IMG/VR virus record: IMGVR_UViG_3300032304_001768
Location: 18,327 to 82,326 of that record
DNA: 64,000 nucleotides
Source: a virus
Reading direction: 5' to 3' (one strand)
The notes under the pieces were generated by a model that worked only from the letters and a program-made list of their open reading frames with translations, was not told the DNA's origin and ran no database searches. The position numbers and the translations under genes are program-made. Below are positions 57,297 to 64,000 of the stretch, in pieces (the first letter of the stretch is position 1; the number at the start of each line of letters is the position of its first letter).

Positions 57297-57497
57297 ATGA
57301 GCGTAATTAGATTGAATGATAACTCCGTTAAGCTTTGCTGTAACGGTAAGGGATGCCCTGTTGTGACTGATCTTGGAGACGGAACAGTTGAAATTATTGA
57401 TGACAATGGAAACCGCATTGTTGTCAAGAAGGAAGAAGCTGCTTTAATTTCTGATGGTGTCAAGACACTCACAGGAGAAAAGCTAATTCTTGGATGA
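57297..57497 (+). CDS. small Cys-containing hypothetical protein
   Basis: LCCNGKGCP.V...I.DD.GN. Confidence 0.6.
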   Translation: MSVIRLNDNSVKLCCNGKGCPVVTDLGDGTVEIIDDNGNRIVVKKEEAALISDGVKTLTGEKLILG

Positions 57498-57766
57498 ATA
57501 TCTGGTTTGACAGTTTAACCCTATTGGGGATGTGCTTCATATTAAAATATGGAGCCATCCTCAATTTTTTGCGTATACCTTTAACGACAAAATTTAAGTT
57601 CTTCAAAGAACTATTCTCATGCGCTTTATGCATGGGATTTTGGCTAGGTTTCTTTTTCTACCTATGCACAAATAAATACCCTATTGGAATGGTATTTTAC
57701 TCAGCTGCAATTTGCTGGATTGGTGATTATGCAATTCAAATCATTCAGAAGCATCTGTATGATTGA
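57494..57766 (+). CDS. small membrane protein
   Basis: ELFSC.LCMGFW and hydrophobic segments. Confidence 0.6.
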   Translation: MNIWFDSLTLLGMCFILKYGAILNFLRIPLTTKFKFFKELFSCALCMGFWLGFFFYLCTNKYPIGMVFYSAAICWIGDYAIQIIQKHLYD

Positions 57767-58006
57767 TTATTGATGAATCACTTCTTGTTCTAAAAGTCTG
57801 AAACGTTTATCGGAATGCCACAACTCATCAGTCTGTGGCGTATAAACACCTTCAGTAGTCTCGATAGCTTTACCTGCCTCCAGAGAGAGTGTAGAAGGTT
57901 GATAAATGTTCAGCAAATTCTTTTTCTTTGGCCAATTCACGCCGCAAGATGTCAGCCCTGTCATGATCAGAATCAAGCTTAGAATTACGTAGTTTTTCAA
58001 TTTCAT
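57767..58006 (-). CDS. putative o-spanin lipoprotein
   Basis: Signal peptide with lipobox LTSC; overlaps the upstream gene in another frame. Confidence 0.55.
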   Translation of the reverse strand: MKLKNYVILSLILIMTGLTSCGVNWPKKKNLLNIYQPSTLSLEAGKAIETTEGVYTPQTDELWHSDKRFRLLEQEVIHQ

Positions 58007-58130
58007 TGATAATTTCGGTTTGTTTTGTTTTGGATTTTATTTGAATATCATAATAAAATGTCTTGCTCTTTAACTCCAGATATGAAGTTAAAGCGAGCAA
58101 GACATTTTTGAGTAGACCGATTAAGTCCAT
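57870..58130 (-). CDS. putative i-spanin
   Basis: N-terminal hydrophobic segment plus coiled coil; overlaps the lipoprotein gene. Confidence 0.5.
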   Translation of the reverse strand: MDLIGLLKNVLLALTSYLELKSKTFYYDIQIKSKTKQTEIINEIEKLRNSKLDSDHDRADILRRELAKEKEFAEHLSTFYTLSGGR

Positions 58131-58318
58131 TATTTTCCTTTGTCCTTTGCCTTGCCGATATTAAGAGCAAGGAAATCGATCACGGCGTAAACCTTAGCAA
58201 GTGGAGTTCCTGCCTTTGGTGTTGGTGTAATTGCAGCGATAGCAGATGCCAAAGCAACTGTAGCAGCGACAACAGCAAACCATGGTTGTGCTTGTAGTAG
58301 TTGTATGATTGTTTCCAT
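58130..58318 (-). CDS. putative holin
   Basis: ASAIAAITPTP...IDFLALNIGKAK, basic C-terminus. Confidence 0.6.
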   Translation of the reverse strand: METIIQLLQAQPWFAVVAATVALASAIAAITPTPKAGTPLAKVYAVIDFLALNIGKAKDKGK

Positions 58319-58368
58319 AACACTATTATTTAGTCGATTTCTTAGACAGAATGAATAAATATTTTTGT

Positions 58369-59139
58369 ATGAACTTCAATGGAAAATTAGAAATCATCAA
58401 GAATGTCCAAACCGCTCTGAATTTAACTGCTGACGGAATCGACGGTCCCAACACATGGAAAGCAATATCAGATAAAATAATAGGAAAAAGTGTTCCTGTA
58501 ACAACGACACCCGAAGTTGTGGGGCCTGTAGTTAAAAACATTTCAGACAAAGCGTTTGATTTGATTATCAAATATGAAGTTGGAGGAGGCGCAGCATATT
58601 ATAACAAAGCTCTTAAGAAGCCTTGTTATCCCGGAGGTGCATCAGGAGTTACAATTGGTATTGGATATGACTTGGGTTACAACACAGCTGCTCAATTTGA
58701 AAAGGATTGGAAAGCTATTTTACCAGAATCTGATTATAACAGACTGTTTAAATGTTTGGGACTGACATCATCCAAAGCAAAAAACGCGATTGCCAGTGTT
58801 CGAGACATTGAAATACCATGGGATAGTGCAATGGTGGTATTTAGAGGAAATACAATACCTCGTTTCATGAAAGAGACGCTACAAGCGTTTCCAAAGGCCG
58901 ATCAGCTGCATCCTGATGCGTTTGGTGCCTTAGTTTCTCTGGTGTTCAACAGAGGCGGCAGCGTGTCAGGAGAACGGCGTTCTGAGATGCTAAACATTCG
59001 CAATTTGGTTCCATCCAAAAATTACAAAGCGATTGCTCAAGAAATCATAGACATGAAAAGACTATGGTATGGCAAAGGACTTGATGGTTTGCTGAAAAGA
59101 AGAGACGAGGAAGCAGCTTTGATCAAATCTTGTGCTTAA
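58369..59139 (+). CDS. endolysin (peptidoglycan-binding plus lysozyme-like)
   Basis: DGIDGPNTW; E...PGG.SGVTIGIGYDLG, ALVSLVFNRG, GL..RR..EA. Confidence 0.85.
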   Translation: MNFNGKLEIIKNVQTALNLTADGIDGPNTWKAISDKIIGKSVPVTTTPEVVGPVVKNISDKAFDLIIKYEVGGGAAYYNKALKKPCYPGGASGVTIGIGYDLGYNTAAQFEKDWKAILPESDYNRLFKCLGLTSSKAKNAIASVRDIEIPWDSAMVVFRGNTIPRFMKETLQAFPKADQLHPDAFGALVSLVFNRGGSVSGERRSEMLNIRNLVPSKNYKAIAQEIIDMKRLWYGKGLDGLLKRRDEEAALIKSCA

Positions 59140-59474
59140 TTTTTCTTGATAAACTTCTCAGGAGAACGTTCAAACTTTTTAGCTAAGTTGACAAATCCTC
59201 CAATAACTTCAGGAGATATCACACCTATTATACCGTAAATCATGGCTTTATATAGTGAGTTGGTATCTCCTGCTTGAAGGATTGCACCTGAATCTATAAT
59301 GATCCATGCGATACTAGATGAGATGGCAGCGACAAAGATTTTTTTAAATTGTTCAGCTATTGAAAGTTTGTTCTTGGAAGATAGCAATCGAGCTACCATA
59401 GCAGCCGCACCAATAACTGGTATTACCCAACCACCCTCTACGAAAGCTTTGATTATTGTTTTTTCAGAGTCCAT
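59136..59474 (-). CDS. holin-like membrane protein
   Basis: Three hydrophobic segments; next to the endolysin. Confidence 0.5.
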   Translation of the reverse strand: MDSEKTIIKAFVEGGWVIPVIGAAAMVARLLSSKNKLSIAEQFKKIFVAAISSSIAWIIIDSGAILQAGDTNSLYKAMIYGIIGVISPEVIGGFVNLAKKFERSPEKFIKKN

Positions 59475-59557
59475 TATGTAGTTATTTAATATCTAAAGTG
59501 GGTCTTTATGTTAGAAAATAACGATAGTTAAGTTTTAATGAAATAGTAAATAACTAC

Positions 59558-60190
59558 ATGGAAACCTTTGAAGTGTATTACGAAAAATTCTCTTTTAACC
59601 CGCTTAAGTGGAACAAAAAAATTGCAGATATGTTCTTTCAAAAGCAAATTAAAAAAAGAGAAAACGCTCGTAAAAATACGCATAAATACATGAGAGAGTT
59701 GAGTGCTGTTTTAAAACAACGAGGATATTCTATACACAAACATGATTTTTCTTATACTGTCAGAAAAGATCGTAAAGTGGGTCTCGAAAATGCTAAATCC
59801 GAAGATACAAAATATATAGTAGGTCCGTTTTCCAAGATACCATATGTGCGTGTGTTGTTTACAAAGGCTCATGAAGTTGGACATGTTCTGCAATGGAACG
59901 AGGACACCAATGAAACTCATGATTTTGAAAAGCAATACAATAGCATAATGAATGCCAAAACGCCAGAGGAAGCATTAAAGATTGAAGATATCAATTCACT
60001 TTGGCGTGAACTGAATGCGTGGGCAAGAGGATTAGCGTTTATTCCAGACGAATTCAAGGTTGAGTATAAAAAATACGCGAAAAAATGCTACGGAACTTAT
60101 CAAGACCACCACATTAGCTATTACAATAAAGAGTCCAAAGAAATATCAATTTTACTATTCATGCTAGATCCTGCGAATACTCAATACTAA
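59558..60190 (+). CDS. zincin-like metallopeptidase
   Basis: AHEVGH HExxH and downstream ELNAW; METFEVYYE N-terminus. Confidence 0.6.
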   Translation: METFEVYYEKFSFNPLKWNKKIADMFFQKQIKKRENARKNTHKYMRELSAVLKQRGYSIHKHDFSYTVRKDRKVGLENAKSEDTKYIVGPFSKIPYVRVLFTKAHEVGHVLQWNEDTNETHDFEKQYNSIMNAKTPEEALKIEDINSLWRELNAWARGLAFIPDEFKVEYKKYAKKCYGTYQDHHISYYNKESKEISILLFMLDPANTQY

Positions 60191-60196
60191 GCAATA

Positions 60197-62368
60197 TCAC
60201 ATAGGTTGCATGTATTGTCCATACACGTGCTTTAATCTATTCAAATATCCTTCTTCGACGTAACCGCCCTTATCAAGAAGTAATTGATAAACAATAATTG
60301 CTCCAACATTTTGAATATCTTTAAAATTTTTGTCTAAGAATTGCATTAAGTTTATAACACCGAGATTCAATCCAAGAACATCCAGATTTATTGACAATTC
60401 AATATATGAACCTGCTATCATATCATTGGATTCTAAAGTTCCATCAACGTCATAAATTCCAAACTTTTTAAGGCTAGGAGAATCAAAGCTTTCATATAGT
60501 TTTGAAAATTCCAATTGCTCTGGTTTATTAACACTCTGTTTATATTCTTTTGTCAGATAATTTACTAAGAAGTTGCCCATCGCTTCTGATACTTCATCAT
60601 CAAATCCTTTTAATGTTATTACATTTCGTCTATCAATCGGTATCGACATTCCAATTTGGATAACGTTATTTTTAAATCCGATATGTTCTAATTCATCAAG
60701 AAGCTCCTGTGCATTCTTATATTCGGTATAATCAACGCCGCTGCTCTCATTTTCAATGTATCCAGAAACCGCTAAAGCTTTCTGAACTGCTTTTTTAATA
60801 TCGTCATAGTTTTCATCCAGCATGTTAACAACATCTTCGATAAAGTCTTTGTAATCGGATGGATCAGATGAACTGCCGTTTCCGTAGTTAAACTTCAAAA
60901 CAAATACAAGTTCATCAGAACTATGATTTTGTATTTGGTCGGTAAGATCCAATAACTCTCCCGTAGGATCATATTGATCAAGTGCTTGAATGAATTTTTT
61001 AAGTTTACGAAGTTCTTCTCCCTTTACACCATATCTTGCAATTTCCGAATCGTCTGTATTTTTTAATCGAAGTTTCCGAATACCCCAAGAATCGATTTCA
61101 TCTTGGAAATCAGAATCAGTTTCGTAATCGGAATCCAAAGAAATTGTAAGCTTTCCATGGGCGTCATAATAAACATACGCTTCTTCATCATCAATAATAT
61201 CAGTATAGTATCCAACGCTGGAGTGATTACCAGAGAAATAACGGTTCTCGATATAACTTAATTCATTTTCAAGTTGATCTCTTTCTTCTTCTGCAAGAGC
61301 TTCCCGATCAACCTCATCATCAATATCATCAATATCTAAATCTCCCTCACTAGACATATCAGATTTGTTGTGATAAATGTTTGGATTAAACTCGTATTTA
61401 TTGTCGTATAATTTATTCAACAGCGTATCCATGTTGTTGTCTTTTTGGGTTCCGCCTCGGATAGAAATGCGGCTCGGACCCCCCTCACCAATTGCATTCA
61501 TCAACTCATCTGCTGAATATGGCTGAACTTTTCGAATATAATTTTTTACAGTTCTGTAAAAGTTTGGAATCACAGAATTGCCATAGATTCTTGTTTCAGG
61601 AACGGCGATCTGTTGAATATTGTCCTCGTCTGTTTCGTTTGGCATGTGGACATCTAACATACGAATACGTAATCTAGCCGTTGCTTCTGGTCCTGTAATA
61701 CCTCTATCGGGATCTTTAAACAAATCAGATTCTTGAAAACGATCATTGTCAATTGCATCTTGAATATCTTCTTTTTTAACCAAAAATGCAATAGCTCCTC
61801 CGCTAATAGCTTCTTGCAAAGCACATTCAAAAAAACTACCCATTCTATTGTGGCAGGATCTTTCGCGTGTGCCGGGAGAAAATCCCCAATCTCCATCTGA
61901 CATTCTGACAATATCAACAGGAGCGCGAGAAAGAACAATAACATATTTATTAAGAATATCTACATCATAATCAGCATATTGCAATTCAAATAAAGAATCT
62001 TTGTGAAGGGCATACCAATCGAGATATTTTGATTTCAAATCATTGGGTATTTTCAAACTCTGAATTGCTTTGCCGACAGCAATAAGTTGAACTTTGTAAT
62101 CACCTTTGCCATATTTTGGATCTAATTTAATTTTACGAGAAACTTCATTTTCGCGTGTTATTTTTTCATATCCTTCAATTTTAGAAAGAGCGTTTATAAT
62201 TTCCAATCCAATTTCATCAGGTGATAACGGAATCACAATTCTTAATTTATCTCCAAAGATATCATGAAAAGGTAATTGTTCTTTATGATTCTCGATATAA
62301 TCAATAACCGACTGATTCATCTCAGAGATCAACACTTGAGAATACAGATTTTCCAAAGCTTTATACAT
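60197..62368 (-). CDS. large acidic hypothetical protein (possibly head-packaged)
   Basis: 723 aa; SR.P.D..RMSD...SCH, ARLRIR; TAAATA-N5-ATG. Confidence 0.6.
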   Translation of the reverse strand: MYKALENLYSQVLISEMNQSVIDYIENHKEQLPFHDIFGDKLRIVIPLSPDEIGLEIINALSKIEGYEKITRENEVSRKIKLDPKYGKGDYKVQLIAVGKAIQSLKIPNDLKSKYLDWYALHKDSLFELQYADYDVDILNKYVIVLSRAPVDIVRMSDGDWGFSPGTRERSCHNRMGSFFECALQEAISGGAIAFLVKKEDIQDAIDNDRFQESDLFKDPDRGITGPEATARLRIRMLDVHMPNETDEDNIQQIAVPETRIYGNSVIPNFYRTVKNYIRKVQPYSADELMNAIGEGGPSRISIRGGTQKDNNMDTLLNKLYDNKYEFNPNIYHNKSDMSSEGDLDIDDIDDEVDREALAEEERDQLENELSYIENRYFSGNHSSVGYYTDIIDDEEAYVYYDAHGKLTISLDSDYETDSDFQDEIDSWGIRKLRLKNTDDSEIARYGVKGEELRKLKKFIQALDQYDPTGELLDLTDQIQNHSSDELVFVLKFNYGNGSSSDPSDYKDFIEDVVNMLDENYDDIKKAVQKALAVSGYIENESSGVDYTEYKNAQELLDELEHIGFKNNVIQIGMSIPIDRRNVITLKGFDDEVSEAMGNFLVNYLTKEYKQSVNKPEQLEFSKLYESFDSPSLKKFGIYDVDGTLESNDMIAGSYIELSINLDVLGLNLGVINLMQFLDKNFKDIQNVGAIIVYQLLLDKGGYVEEGYLNRLKHVYGQYMQPM

Positions 62369-62402
62369 AACAGTATTTAGAAAAATTAGAAGATATTACA
62401 AC

Positions 62403-62642
62403 TCAACGCTTGCGTTTTTCCATACGAGCAAGACGATCATAATAATCCAACATTTCATCGATGTGATGGGACGCAATCGTGCGAGCCGTCTTGATATCTG
62501 TAGTGTGTTCCTTTTCAACTTTGATACCTTTAGCCAACGCTCGTTTGATGACAGACAGCTTAACGTTGTGCTTCTTCGCAAGCGCATCTGCTGTTATCTC
62601 AGGCTTGAACTTCTCTGTAATGAATTGAACGAATGATATCAT
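62403..62642 (-). CDS. small protein with G.KVE.EH motif
   Basis: KGIKVEKEHT...A..IA..H..E..DYYDRL; MISFVQFITE N-terminus. Confidence 0.65.
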   Translation of the reverse strand: MISFVQFITEKFKPEITADALAKKHNVKLSVIKRALAKGIKVEKEHTTDIKTARTIASHHIDEMLDYYDRLARMEKRKR

Positions 62643-62668
62643 GATGTTTTGATATTTAATGAAATTTA

Positions 62669-64000
62669 TTAAATGTTTGATTTGAAATATTCAAGAGCAG
62701 CGTCTCTGTCATATTTATCGAAACCGTAATACGGCAATTCCATATCGCCGTCTACGCTATCAATACGTTCAAAAACGTCAGTTGCAAGAACTCCAGAATT
62801 GTTAAGCAAATAATTCAAGTTCATAACAGCGCCAATCTCGCTGTCCATCCAGCTTTCAAGATTTTCAAAATAAATGGAAACCGTAATATCATCTTCTAAA
62901 TTAAGCTCTAACTCGGTAATACCATCTTTGAAATATTCAAACATCTGATTATAACCACCGCTTTCGTATCCTGCAACGACGGCAGACCGCAAAGCATCAA
63001 TCATTTCATCATTTTCACGCAGAAGAATTTCAAATACCTCTTGAGCGTTGTGGTCGAATATATCAAAATCCTCATCGTAGTTTTCCCTGATATGATTGGC
63101 TATATTTTTCTCGAAAATAATGTCATTCTCTATAGCTCTAGCAAGTAAGCGAACCATATCGTCGTTGTCCACACCCATCGTGTAAAAATCCAAAGAATCG
63201 GTTCCCTCTACATAATCCACATATTGTTCTAGGTTTTTAGGAACATTAATCATACGAAACAGGGATTCCCAATCTTCCCAAACATTATGAAAATGTAAGT
63301 TAGCAGCGCCATTATTCCACTTGGACGGAACAACTTGAACATTATTGTCAGGAAATTGTGATGATAATCTCGATTCAACCACCTGATAAAAAGCTGCATC
63401 ATCGTTCAATTCTTCGCGAATTTGCTTCAAGCTTTTCAATTCTGGCCTGACATCATACAATTGCTTTTTAAGAGCAGGAGATAAATCGGATATCTGAAAG
63501 TTGTTTTCTGGCTTGTATCCCCCACCAACAACATGCTTCACCATATATTCAGTTTCATTACCGCTACTGGACGTATTAACTTTATGAAACAGCAACTTTA
63601 AAATGTATGGATGATACACAGCCTTTGGCTTTTCGTTGGCGCGTCCTTTCATTTCCCCCAGAGCGCCGTTTGAAGTATCGTAAATGAACGTCAACGATGG
63701 TCTTGCGAAAATACGATTGCCACGCTTCTGTGTCTTTCTCAAAGACAACACCGTATCATTTGATGATGGAGAACCAGCATTACCACAATGACCCATAGCA
63801 TCTCCTTCAGCCCTGCAATAGCGTCTATTCAGGTCATACCAAGCAAAATCATTGCCAACATCCATTATCTTGTCAATGCTGCCGTTTCTCAATTCATCAG
63901 TAATATCAACCCACTCTTTTCTATCACCAATCCATTTCTTTTCCAATGCATCGAAATGATCTATAATCTCATTGTAAGTCGCATTCTTGGGCCAATTGAA
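62669..64000 (-). CDS. PcfJ-like domain protein (5' end outside the window)
   Basis: EGDAMGHCG, VLSLR, EMKGRAN.KP. Confidence 0.55.
   Translation of the reverse strand, partial: FNWPKNATYNEIIDHFDALEKKWIGDRKEWVDITDELRNGSIDKIMDVGNDFAWYDLNRRYCRAEGDAMGHCGNAGSPSSNDTVLSLRKTQKRGNRIFARPSLTFIYDTSNGALGEMKGRANEKPKAVYHPYILKLLFHKVNTSSSGNETEYMVKHVVGGGYKPENNFQISDLSPALKKQLYDVRPELKSLKQIREELNDDAAFYQVVESRLSSQFPDNNVQVVPSKWNNGAANLHFHNVWEDWESLFRMINVPKNLEQYVDYVEGTDSLDFYTMGVDNDDMVRLLARAIENDIIFEKNIANHIRENYDEDFDIFDHNAQEVFEILLRENDEMIDALRSAVVAGYESGGYNQMFEYFKDGITELELNLEDDITVSIYFENLESWMDSEIGAVMNLNYLLNNSGVLATDVFERIDSVDGDMELPYYGFDKYDRDAALEYFKSNI

Noticed and set aside
1-64000. Full stop-codon reassignment
   Set aside because: Conserved genes are intact and densely packed in the standard code, with no in-frame TAG or TGA interruptions in them

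Overview
64-kb segment of a large, AT-rich T4-like myovirus genome read in the standard genetic code. It contains a UvsW/UvsY/PhoH/clamp-loader/DinG replication-recombination block, a 9-gene glycosyltransferase/FkbM methyltransferase island, the head-neck module (gp15-like, portal gp20, gp13, gp4, gp21, gp22, gp23), a split gp5 baseplate hub, nrdA (with a LAGLIDADG intein)/nrdB, thyX, a Thg1-like tRNA-His guanylyltransferase, a lysis module and several putative head-packaged proteins. The most unusual part is the ~10.5-kb tRNA region (43.6-54.3 kb), with about 32 tRNA genes covering all 20 amino acids plus many non-canonical RNAs. These include a tRNA-Leu split at the anticodon by an HNH endonuclease gene whose coding sequence embeds a complete second tRNA-Leu(UAG), with parallel 'broken tRNA - endonuclease - replacement tRNA' arrangements for Trp and possibly Met. 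There is also an HDV-like (theta-type) ribozyme at the 3' end of a G-1-less tRNA-His, a two-headed Ala-identity tRNA-like RNA, a YrlA/permuted-tRNA-like RNA, two D-armless tRNA-Arg, and several unexplained structured RNAs. Promoter motifs sit 5-6 nt from start codons, which suggests leaderless mRNAs. All calls were made by eye; no database searches were run.
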